NCBI GenBank assembly: GCA_965644265.1
Contig: OZ286476.1
Coordinates: 5,146,001 to 5,210,000, forward strand
Length of the DNA stretch: 64,000 nucleotides
Reading direction: 5' to 3'
Origin: Glycera tridactyla
Taxonomy: Eukaryota
Made by a program: the position numbers and the translations under genes. This document shows, in pieces, positions 51,540-62,800 of this stretch (within the stretch, counting starts at the first letter, position 1; each line of letters opens with the position of its first letter). Below the pieces are notes generated by a model, which made no database searches, was not told the DNA's origin, and was given only the letters and a program-made list of their open reading frames with translations.

Positions 51540-54500
51540 GCGCAAGGACAAATTTGTCTTTCCTCTAAATGAACAATACACTAACTCGGATCATTGCTAT
51601 ATGTCATTATCAAACTCACCTGGTATCGTTAATGCGGCCCTGAATGTTAGGAGCGTGACGAAACACTTCGATGACATCTCAACTCTCATTTTATTAAGTA
51701 AAGTAGACATCTTTTGCCTCACGGAGACCTCGTTGAATGAAAGTGTGACAGACGTAGAAATCAATATCCCGGGATATAGATTCGTCCGCCAAGATAGGTC
51801 CTCTAACTCCGGCAAGTCTGGAGGAGGAGGACTATTAGTCTATTATAAGTCACAATACAGTATAACGCTGAATGACAACCTATGTGAGTGCACTCCAGAT
51901 GTTGAAGTAGTCTGCCTGACACTCAACCTAAAAAACGCCTATCCCACGCACTACATTTTTACTTACTGACCACCGGACAGCTCGGTTAAGAGGGCCACAG
52001 CACTTTGGGAGCTGATATTGAAAAACAACGAATTAAAATATCCCTCAGATTGGATCTTGGCAGGTGATGTTAATATAGACCTCCTCCAACCTAGAGACCA
52101 CAAATCATTATTATACAAGAAATTCTGTGAAAAATCCGGACTGGAGCATGTCATTAAAACTGCAACCAGGGTGACAAACACAAGTATTACATGCATTGAT
52201 CACTTTGCAGTGTCCAGACCTGAATATTACCCTAGGCACGGTACCGTTGACCCCTGTATCAGTGACCATCAGTTAGTCTACATTGCACGTCGACGTGAAA
52301 AGATACCAAACTCGAAACGTTTTATTAATTTTCGTGCCACAAAAAACTTTAATGCACAATCATTTGTATCAGATCTTAGATTGACAAACTGGTCCTTAAT
52401 CGACAACTCCACCAATGTAGATGAAGCAGCGCAATTCTTCTCCGACACCTTCATCTCGGTCATTGAAAACCATGCACCCTCCAAGCAAATCTTAGCCAAG
52501 AAAGAGCATCAACCGTGGGTAACACATCACTACATTATGTTAATTAATTACTGTGAAGCAAGAGCCAAGCGCCAAAATAATTTCCCGAGCCAATATAATC
52601 TCACAATGAAAAAGGAAGCTCTGCGTGTCAAAAATAGACTAAAAAAGAAACTGAAAAGAGGATTCATTAACAACAGCCTTGAAAATAACAAAAACGACAG
52701 CAAAAAGCTCTGGCGAGAGATAAAAAGATTCTGGCCCTTGACGCAAAAGTCACCAACGGTTCCGACAATTGATGACACGTACAGATGCATAAGTGAGGTT
52801 GAGGTAGCTGATAAGGTAAACAGGTTTTTCGTGTCAATTGGTGCTGAGCTAGCGAGGAAATTTACCATGATTGACAACCCCGATGAATCGAGTAATAATG
52901 ATAATGATCGAGCTGAACAGGGCCATCGTTCTCTGTCCTTAAAAGTGATACAGATAGAAGATATGCTTAGAGCAGTTACAGATATGAGCAATTCAGCTGC
53001 CTCTGGGCCAGATGAAATTAGCAGCTTTTTTGTCAAGACTGCAGCTCCAGTAATTGCTCCGATCTTGACTACGATTTTCAATTTATTGATTGGCACCTCA
53101 GCTTTTCCTCGAATATGGAAAGAGGCATTGGTGACAGTTATACATAAAGGAGGAAGTACTTTCGAGTTTGGCAATTTTAGACCAATATCCCTACTTTCTG
53201 TGCTAGGCAAACTCCTGGAGCGTTTGATCCATTATCAATTATACGATCATTTAAACGATTACAACATGTTCAATAAAGCTCAACATGGGTTCAGGAAGGG
53301 CTACTTGACTGGATCATGCCTCGCTGGGCTGTTTGATACAATATATCAGGCAGCGAGCGAGGGGCGAGCAAGTGGCGTGCTTTTCCTGGACCTAAAAAAA
53401 GCTTTTGATACTCTGGACCATCAAAAGCTTGTAGCAAAATTCTCTACTCTTGGCTTTTCTAAATCATGCACAGATTGGATCCGCTCATATTTAACGAATA
53501 GATCACAGGCAACAAAAATAGGAACCTCTACATCACGCCAGCTACCTATCGAGTATGGGGTGCCGCAAGGCTCCATACTCGGCCCCCTTCTATTCATTGT
53601 ATACGTGAATAGCATCTGCTCCCATATTAGGTTTTCCGTACCATACCTCTATGCAGATGACACGGCCCTAGTAGTAACCGGAGACACTGATAGGGAGATT
53701 GAAGGCAAACTCAATTATGACCTAACTAAAATATCAAAATGGTTTTCCTCTCTCAAGCTATCTCTCAACTTATCCAAATCCAACTGCATGGTCTTCGGTA
53801 CTGACCAACGCCTGAAACAATTTTTGCCAATATGTGTAGAGTACAATGGTACTGTCGTCAAACAAGTCTCACAATTTAAGTATTTGGGCATTATTCTCGA
53901 CCTGTCTCGGACTTTCAGAGATCATGTTGACTACCTGATCAAAAAGGTGAGCTTCCGAAGAAGGGCACTTTACCATTTAAGACCGTCAATTTCATTGGAA
54001 ATGGCCACTTATATTTACTTCAGCTTAATTCACCCACTATTCACATATGCCGACTTTATATATGATGGGTGTAGTCAAACTCTCAGTGACAGACTTCAAG
54101 TCTCTCAGAATATATGTCTCAGTACAATATTAGAACGTGGTTGGAACTATTCTGCTGACTCATTACACGAAGACCTGAAAATTGAGTTTCTCAGCAAAAG
54201 TCGCAGGAACAACTGCATCATAGAGGTCTACAGAGCCTTTTTTGGTAAAGGGCCAAATAAAGATGACAACACACCACCTTCACCTCTCAAGGCCCTGTTT
54301 ACGATAAATAACACCAGGCAGTCAGGGCCAACAACGCGTCTCTCTACCAATATCGCAAACGATATATTGCTGAAAGTGCCATACAATAGACTTCAGTTCA
54401 GTAATAGAAACTTCCGCAATAGAGGTGCCATTTATTGGAATCAGTGTGAGAAAGATGTCAGACTAAGTGCCTCACTCGAAATAATTAAGAAGAAACTGAG

Positions 54501-54945
54501 ATGAGTGGCAGATAGGTGAGCTAACCAGGGCATGATGCCCAATAGTTTCCCGACACATTGACATCTGCTGGTTAAACATGATCACTCGACCTCCGAACCT
54601 CAGCCACCAGATGTTGGCCCGAAATTGAGACTGCTAACAATCTGTCCAATTGTTCGCCCAGTCTCAGAGGAACTGAATCTGAGGTAGTAGGCATTGTCAT
54701 TGGTTCCTTATTTCTATATACTCTATTTTATTTTATTATATTATTTTTATATATCTTTGATTGTCGTATCTAAAAATTGATGCCCTCTGGAACAGACATC
54801 CTTTATATGTTGGTCTCAATGTCTGTACCCTTGTATGTCATACTTAACCCATTGTATGCATGAGCAACTAACACGACCGCAAGGTCACTTGTAAACCCGG
54901 TAAATCTCATGCAATGAAAAATCTTCTTATCTTATCTTTTATTAT
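51540..54945 (+). mobile_element. 5'-truncated CR1/L2-group non-LTR retrotransposon (LINE) inserted in a ~104-bp satellite
   Basis: The satellite stops at ...GACACTAGACATCC (51539) and resumes at CATCAGGGTTACTTC (~54946). Between them: an EN+RT reading frame open from 51541, a ~440-bp 3'UTR and an (ATCTT)n-like tail ATCTTCTTATCTTATCTTTTATT (54921-54943). No ORF1 and no clear TSD. Confidence 0.95.
51601..54504 (+). pseudogene. LINE ORF2 (APE endonuclease + reverse transcriptase) with a single in-frame nonsense codon
   Basis: ORFs 51601-51969 and 52018-54504 are in the same frame, separated only by TGA at 51967-51969 (TY*PPD where YRPP is expected). APE motifs: LNVRS, FCLTET, GGGLLVY, GDVNID, CIDH, SDH. 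RT motifs: FRPISLL, QHGFRKG, FLDLKKAFD, GVPQGSILGP, LYADDT, YLGIILD. Confidence 0.93.
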
Positions 54946-55890
54946 CATCAGGGTTACTTCTGCCACAGCATCTCATACTAAGCTCTCCGCAGACCTGCAC
55001 CAACATCCCTCTAAGTGTGTGGGGCGCCAGGGATGAGACACTGGACATCCATCATAGTTACTTCTGCCACAGCATCCCATACTAAGCTCTCCCCAGACCT
55101 GCACCAACATCCCTCTGAGTGTGGGGCGCCAGGGATGAGACACTGGACATCCATCATAGTTACTTCTGCCACAGCATCCCATACTAAGCTCTCCGCAGAC
55201 CTGCACCAACATCCCTCTAAGTGTGGGGGGCACCAGGGATGAGACACTGGACATCCATCATAGTTACTTCTGCCACAGCATCCCATACTAAGCTCTCCCC
55301 AGACCTGCACCAACATCCCTCTAAGTGTGGGGCGCCAGGGATGAGACACTGGACATCCATCATAGTTACTTCTGCCACAGCATCCCATACTAAGCTCTCC
55401 GCAGACCTGCACCAACATCCCTCTAAGTGTGGGGGGCGCCAGGGTTGAGACACTGGACATCCATCATAGTCACTTCTGCCACAGCATCAAATACTAAGCT
55501 CTCCGCAGACCTGCACCAACATCCCTTTAAGTGTGGGGGGCACCAGGGATGAAACACTAGACATCCATCATAGTTACTTCTGCCACAGCATCCCATACTA
55601 AGCTCTCCGCAGACCTGCACCAACATCCCTCTAAGTGTGGGGCACCAGGGATGAAACACCAGACATCCATCATAGTTACTTCTGCCACAGCATCCCATAC
55701 TAAGCTCTCCGCAGACCTGCACCAACATCCCTCTAAGTGTGGGGCACCAGGGATGAAACACTAGACATCCATCATAGTTACTTCTGCCACAGCATCCCAT
55801 ACTAAGCTCTCCGCGCCCTGCACCAACATCTCTCTAAGTGTGGAGGGCACCAGGGATGAGACACTGGACATTCGTCAGAGGTACTTCTGC
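54946..55890. repeat. 102-106-bp satellite, right arm (~9 copies)
   Basis: Same unit, resuming in register after the LINE. Confidence 0.97.
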
Positions 55891-56509
55891 CACTGGTGGT
55901 GGCGATGGTTTAGTGGTGGTGATGGTTCAGTGGTAGTGATGGTGTGGTGCCATTGGTTGTGATGGTGTAGTGATGGTGATGGTCTGGTGGTGGTGATGGC
56001 GTGGTGGCAGTGGTTGTGATGTTGACCGTAGGCGTGTTTGCATCCATCCTCTCTGTAATCATGGCTGACGTCTGGCTGACGTATGTGACTATAAACTGCA
56101 ATCAGCAGCGCTGCAGTAGTAAACCACTGTCAACTCTCCATGCAACCACTTTAATCACCGGATCTCTAATGGCGAGATCCATTAAGGCTCTCCCCCTCCC
56201 CAACTACAATCACGGTATATTTCACATATAACATATACGAACTTAACGATAATCTATAATCATCAGCGCTGCAACTTTGATCACTGAATCTCCAATTGCC
56301 AGATGCACGTGGAGCCCCCCCCCCCCTTCCTCTCATAATCACTATATATTTCACATACAACATTTACGAACTGAAGTATGAATTGCAATCAGCAGTGCTG
56401 CAGTAATAAAACATTGTGCACTTTATATTTGACGACTTCGATCACCAGATCTTTGATAGCAAGATGTAGGAGGGAATACACTCACTACAACCAGTGTATG
56501 CTTCACATA

Positions 56510-57505
56510 CTACAATACAATACAATAATCTTTATTTATACTCGTTTAAACAGCATATATACAATAGATACAAGTCCAAATATGCATTCAGCCCCGCCGT
56601 GCTTCATCCAGCATACACGAATAGTGTTGATGATGGATTCGTCAAGTTACATCACGTTAGATTATATACAAGGTCATCAGATTTTCAATACAATTCAGTC
56701 ACTCACGCACACATTCATATCCAGAAAAATAAACATTCATACACACATATATACCTACATTCATGAGCAAGCATTCTACATACATATCCTAAATAAATAA
56801 ACAAGCACATTCCAGTCATATAAATATGTACACAAATAAGTTTGAATAAATTATTTATCATACCATGTAATTAAGGGAAAAGGGGTAAAACTGCTCATTT
56901 AATGAGTAGTATCTGGTTCGACCTAGGAGTGGGTCCAATAGCCATGGTTCATATTTCTTAGCTCAATGGGTATAAGAGAGACGTAAGAAGGTATCAGAAT
57001 CCATATATCTGTCCGGAGCACCCTAGGTTCAAGTCACAGTGCCAAGCTCCCACAGATTGCTTATTTTACCTATTTTATTCTTAAAAACAGTTAATGATGG
57101 TGACTCTCTTAAGGTGGGTGATAGGTCATTCCATAACAATGGGCCTCTAAAACAAAAATTGCCTTTGCTTTTCGTTAGTCCGGTTCTCCAAATCGTGAGA
57201 TTATTTCTGGTAGCAGCTCTGGTGGTTCTTCGATGACGATTTTCAACACATTTCAACATATTTTGAATATTACGTGGTAGGTTATCAGTATGTAATGCAT
57301 TGAATATGAATGTGGCGGTGTGTTTTCTTCGCCTGATATGAAGCTTGTCCAGTCCTAGTTCAGAGTGTAGCATAGATTAAGACGTGCGTTTGTCTTTTAG
57401 TGATAATACTCTAGCAGGATAATTCTGGACACGTTGAAGCATGTGTGCGTCTTTTTGGGTCAGGTTATCAGGTTATCATAGACAACATCATTAACATAAA
57501 CAAAC
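56510..57505 (-). mobile_element. 5'-truncated CR1/L2-group LINE 3' fragment
   Basis: ORF 57373-57029 (LGLDKLHIRRRKH...RTTRAATRNNL...NFCFRGPLLWNDL...SLTVFKNKI) is a typical ORF2 C-terminus. It is preceded by DVVYDNL..HMLQRVQN..ARV and followed by a 3'UTR, AATAAA (56536-56531) and a (TTGTA)3 tail (56525-56511). Confidence 0.85.
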
Positions 57506-58718
57506 TGTACTATAAACTGCAATCAACCACACTGCAGTGACGACCTACTGTCAATTTGAACAGAGCTGTCGGCCAATACGGGATCCTGATGTTCTCATCT
57601 TGGCAAAAGTCAAACTGTTTTTTTTTTCATGATCGGAAAAATCTACAATGACTGCATACTCATCGATGACTTTCATCTATTCATGACTATTTGTTCATGA
57701 CTACTCTACTAGTCTCGATTACTCCACAAGCTCAAGTCGATCTGCTACATTCGAAGTCTTGCTGTTCCGGCAAATGTATTTGCACATGTCCTGACCATTC
57801 TCAAAAAAGTGGAGACCTGAGTGACGGGATTCTCTCCCTACCCGAAACCACTGAGTGCATAGTTGAGAAGCAGGGTGTACCGGGGGCGGCTTCTACCGAG
57901 TATGCATGCAGAGAACCCGGGTCCAGGGTCGAGTCCAGTGCTGTCATCTCAGAATGTTTCGCTTAGTGTGGATGTAGATAATGTACATTAATTCTCCAGG
58001 CCATGCTTATCGGATGCCTTGATATACTTGTCTGTCCTCTACTCGCCTTTTTAGACACGCAATGAACAATGTTTTATATGGCATGTGAAGCGGATGACAG
58101 CCACTCCATCAACACATGTCTCACAAGATGAAACAACCAATCTGTAAATAGGAAGTGCTTCACAGACTTGTGAATCTCATGCATTTCCTGAATAATATCC
58201 TCACTCACCCATTCAACATGCTCTTTGTATAACTAGGATGTTGAGCACTCACATTAATTCACAAGGCAGTATAAACAAGTGTTAGGGTGAATGCATTGTA
58301 GGTGAGTTACAACCATATAATCAGAAAAGATGAGACAGGGAATCCAACAAAATTATGAAAAAAATTGAAGTAGAAGAAACGAGAAAAACAAATTACATCA
58401 ATAATAGATGATAGAAGTGGGTTTCAGAGATATGAAGAAAATGAATAAATTGAATATGGAGAGTCCCCCTTCTTCTACTGATATGGTACTTGAGGACCGG
58501 TCCAGTCCACATGCAGATGAAGTCAGTACATAGTGCAGTCGAATTTGGTCAGCTGAAGGAAGCAAATTTCCCTCCACTTCTACCATGTCCTGGTTATTAG
58601 GTTGGAATCCTTCAGTGACATGCTAGAATTAACCATTTATTACTTGTATTTTTCTTTGATACAGGGGCTTCCTCATGTGACACCTGGTCATTCGTTTCCA
58701 CAGACTGCCATCTGTCAC

Positions 58719-58812
58719 TCTGAACAATCTTCTCTATTTTTTTGTTATAGGTGAGTGGCGAGTCAGACCGCTTTATATGGAATTATTGAGTGGTTGCCCA
58801 AGACAGGTAAAG
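58719..58812 (+). other. Candidate recursive splice site (AG|GTGAGT at 58750/58751) with a 56-nt RS-exon-like segment ending at CAG|GTAAAG (58806/58807)
   Basis: Strong pyrimidine tract TCTTCTCTATTTTTTTGTTATAG immediately followed by a consensus 5' splice site. Confidence 0.4.
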
Positions 58813-59594
58813 TATAGGCCTGTTGGATCATGGTCGAAGGACGAAGGCAGTCAGTCTTAACTTCGAGAAATACTCACCTTGTTTTGCTGACAATCAATTT
58901 GCTAGTACATGATTTATCAACCTCCCATACCTATTCATACGTTTCATTCAATGATGGTTCATTCCCTGAAGCTACATCCCGGAATACTCTCTGTGCTGAT
59001 GCTTTGTTCAGTGATGCTAAAAGTACTTCCATCACAAATGAGAGGATGCAAAAACAATCAGCACCAGGGTGAGCAATTTTCCTTAAAATGTGCACAATAC
59101 GGTAATGGGGAGATACCAGAACTTTGTAAGTCCTCAACGGAAGCAAAACCCAGAAAGGGATACCATATACCGGATAGGTCGACGAAGAGATAAACAGAGA
59201 CATGGGCTATCAATCACTCAAACCTTGAATCACACTCCCATGGATCAAGTCTCATATATTCCTGCTCGGGTTGGAGAGACGACAAGCGGTACTGAATCTA
59301 TCAATCTATGCTAGACTCTATGCCGATATTGGACAAGCGACTGACACGGGTAGGTCTGGGATGTATAGCAGCTATACCTGATAGAACGTTATTTGATGGC
59401 AGTTTCCTTGCGGGAGCAGGGAACAATTCAGGGCACGTAGGCAGCTTTATTGATGTTCATGTGAAATGTATGGAGACCAGCCCACTCAACATCGGTAACA
59501 TCTAATCCAATTAGTCTGGTGCCCGTTCTGAACATGTATGTCACGTGACAGGAATACGCATGCTCCACTTCCAAGACAAGACTGCCATAGACGA

Positions 59595-60210
59595 CCACCA
59601 GCCTGTGTTTCAGATACAACCTCTCTTATAGGACCATCTGCCTGTGTTTCAGATTAATACAAATTCTCCTATAAGACCATCTGCCTGTGTCTCAGATACA
59701 ACCCTTTCTATAACACCACCAGCCTGTGTCTCAGATACAACCTCTCCTATAGGACCACCAGCCTGTGTTTCAGATACAACCTCTCCTATAGGACCACCAG
59801 CCTGTGTCTCAGATACAACCTCTTCTATACCACCATCTGCCTGTGTGTCAGATACAACCTCTCCTATACGACCATCTGCCTGTGTCTCAGATACAACCTA
59901 TCCTAAAGGCCCAGCAGTCCGTGTCTCATATACGACCCCTCCTATAGGACCTGCAGCTTGTGTCTCAGATATGACGTCTGCTATAAGACCACCTGCCTGT
60001 GTCTCAGATTCAACCTCTTCTATAGGACCAGCAGCCTGTGTCTCAGATACAATATCTCCTAAAAGACCACCAGGCTGTGTCTCAGTAACAACCTCTTCTA
60101 AAAGACCACCAGCTTGTGTCTCAGATACAACCTCTCCTATGAGACCACCGAACTGTGTCTCAGATACAACATCTTCTATAACACCACCAGCCGGTGTCCC
60201 AGAGACTACC
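59595..60210. repeat. 39-bp minisatellite, ~16 diverged copies
   Basis: CCTGTGTCTCAGATACAACCTCTCCTATAGGACCACCAG; 13-aa periodic ORF 59644-60261. Confidence 0.95.
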
Positions 60211-60214
60211 TCGT

Positions 60215-60440
60215 ACACACATTCCTGTCATTCCCTCTCACTGTATTCAGGACGAGTCTGATTGAGAGTTAGAACAAAGACCACCCATTGAACCACAATC
60301 CCCTCTCTCGCGGGTGTGGCTGACACACATTCCTGTCATTCTCTCTCATTGTATTCAGGGCGTGTCTGATCGAGAGTTAGAACAAAGACCACCCATTGAA
60401 CCACAACCCCCTCTCTCACGAGTGTGGCTGACACACATCT
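60215..60440. repeat. ~110-bp tandem duplication (~2 copies)
   Basis: CACACATTCCTGTCATT...GAGAGTTAGAACAAAGACCACCCATTGAACCACAA occurs twice. Confidence 0.9.
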
Positions 60441-61307
60441 ATCATATTCTGCTATCATATACATTGAGCGGTTGCGCTAAAGGTGTGGTTGACACATGAT
60501 GACGGCATGGCGCTGGGCCAGGAGTTTGATCATGTGATGTGGTCACGTGATTTCGTCATTACTCTCCACTTATCGAGCTGCTCGATTCCAGCCAAAGGTC
60601 ATCTGAACATGAACGACAACCGTTGAACGATTACTGCACCAACTATCGAGCTGGTTGATTCCCGCCAAATGTCATCTGAACATGTAGGACAAGAAATGCC
60701 TGCTACTTCACGTGATCTCCACCTCCTTGAGGCTGGTATTGAATCTGATTCTTTCACTTTCCCCAAATCCATATACCGAACATGACAGTCATGAACATGA
60801 CAGTCATGAAAAATGTAAATTGAGCAAGTAGAACTGACCTTAAACATACCTTCTCAAGCATGGGTTTCCTCATCCCCTACCACCAACACCTGCTCGTGTA
60901 CAGTACTCTACATTCACCAGCTTCTCATAGAAGAGTACTTTTTCACACCTGCGTGCAGTGTGATAGTGCAGTCGAGTTCGACTCAGATAGCTGCAACTTG
61001 AGCTGCCTCCACAATCATACTGAATGCCACGAGTGTCTGATCCTGGAAGACATTACAAGCCGAGTAGCAGTCACAGGAAGGAACGAGTGGAAGGCCACAG
61101 ATGCCCTCCCAGGTCTGCTACGAGGCGTGTAATGCCTCTCAGGGCCAGGTACAAGGAACATTCTATATTCATCATTCGATATCTGTATTTGAGAGATTAA
61201 ATTCGAAATTTTTTCAGCCTTCTAAGATTGAGAATCCTGCCGGGAATGGCGAATCCTGCAACCATGGATGTCTTTTTGAATGCTAGTCTCAATTCGGTGA
61301 TTTTTTT

Positions 61308-61437
61308 TGTGAGAATCAGAGCTCTGGTTGAGGAGTTTCATCGATTTTTCTTTGAAGCATTTTTCCTAACAAATGCCGCGACACTACACAAATTGAACCT
61401 GTGACCCAGCCCGTTTACTCTTGATTGTTCTATGACA
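61308..61437 (+). repeat. Dispersed repeat, copy 2 (homologous to ~16385-16520)
   Basis: See copy 1; same orientation and collinear blocks. Confidence 0.6.
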
Positions 61438-62149
61438 AATGATTCTTTCACTGACCAATCAGTGTTTGAGTGTGAGCATCACGTGACCAGGGCCCCCGAT
61501 AGTGTTTCATACGACCACATGTAGCAATATTTTTTTGGTTAGACCCGTCATCGGATGATAATGAGATGTGCAGATCATCGTGCTTCAATTAGTGAAGCTC
61601 GACCATTTTGCTAATCAATCCACGTAGGAGCCTGGCACACGCTCGTAACTGCATCTATCTAATATAGGTGGCGATGCTAGCAGGAGCAGTAGCAGTAGCA
61701 GTAGCAGTAGCAGTAGCAGCAGTTGCGGGAGTATGAGTATGAAGTAGGTGGTATCAGATGGTGGAGGTTAGACAGCCAGTGTGATGGTGGCCTAACTCAT
61801 ATAGGTGGCGATGCCAGCAGTAGCAGTAGCAGCAGTGACGGAAGTCTGAGTATGAACTGAGTGCTGTTAGAAGCCGGAAGTTAGACAGCCAGTGAGATGG
61901 TTGCCCCCACGATTGAGATGAGTGCTGTAAGGACCGGAAGTGGACCCTGGAAGCCTCATTACCACGGGCACGTAAGGAGCATATTCATCAGGACAATGGC
62001 CATCCAAAATGGACTTGTTATCTCATGCCTCTCGTGCTCGACATTATTTCTGTCTGTTTTTCTCTGTCTTATTCTCTCATTTTTTCACATGAATGACCAC
62101 AAGTTGGATCGGATGATTGCCCCTCCACTCATCAATCTATCCATTCATT

Positions 62150-62360
62150 CATCCAATTATCATCTGATTCATTCATTCATCTTTCCGTACCTTTATTTCT
62201 TCGGTTATTCATTCGTGCATTCATTCATTCATTGATTCATTCATTCAAACATTCATCTATACATTCATTCATGCATTCATTCATAAATTTATTCAATCAT
62301 TCACTTCTTTCAATCCTCTAAAAGTTCGTTAATTCATCCATTCCTTCATTTATGTATTCA
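62150..62360. repeat. (ATTC)n imperfect microsatellite
   Basis: Directly visible. Confidence 0.9.
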
Positions 62361-62800
62361 CCGTCGAAGTGATGCATATATAGAAAAAAGGAATATGTTC
62401 CAGGCAGGTTTCATCCGACTAGAATTGGAGAGATATCCTCCCGAAATCTTCTTCTTGATTGCTGCATTGACCACAAAACATGGTGCCCATGAACGTTCCC
62501 TTCTTCCAAACAGTTCACAATCATCATAATGCTAGATATGATCTGTTTCAAAACATTTGCTCTTCACCTCCATGAATCGCTTGTTCACATCAGTCATCAC
62601 AACAACAATATAGGTGTCAGGGATCGGGCCGTTTGGCGAGTGGGATGTCTGGCTATAGTTGGAGACTAAGCAGACGTCTTGTGTGACAGTTGTGCAGGTC
62701 CAGACATGCTGACTCTCACAGTGTGACACCTAGTATCAACCACTCGCAGGCTGCCAGCACAGATCCAAGGTCAGGTCAAAATCCAAGCTTATAGTTATAT

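Noticed and set aside
44251-51581. Many overlapping periodic ORFs on both strands (51-bp and ~104-bp arrays; likewise the 57, 90, 126, 30 and 38-bp arrays elsewhere)
   Set aside because: They arise from repeat periodicity, occur in several frames and strands at once, and are broken by unit-length variants.
51540-54945. Retron/DGR-like or RT-plus-array defence system
   Set aside because: The RT is fused to an APE endonuclease with a LINE 3' tail, and the array is simply the interrupted insertion target; there is no template/variable repeat pair or msr-msd.
58291-58306. Additional AG|GTGAG sites (58300, 43772, 46117, 54515)
   Set aside because: They lack a convincing upstream pyrimidine tract and were treated as background.
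58830-59600. Cluster of short ORFs or possible LINE relic
   Set aside because: Only a faint LERRQAVLNL resemblance; not enough to call either a gene or an element.
60850-61042. Minus-strand 193-nt exon candidate (pyrimidine tract TCTTCCAG|G ... AAG|GTATGT)
   Set aside because: All three frames contain stops (the best is open ~56 codons, SDTRGIQYDCGG...), the peptide is not recognisable, and there are no partner exons.
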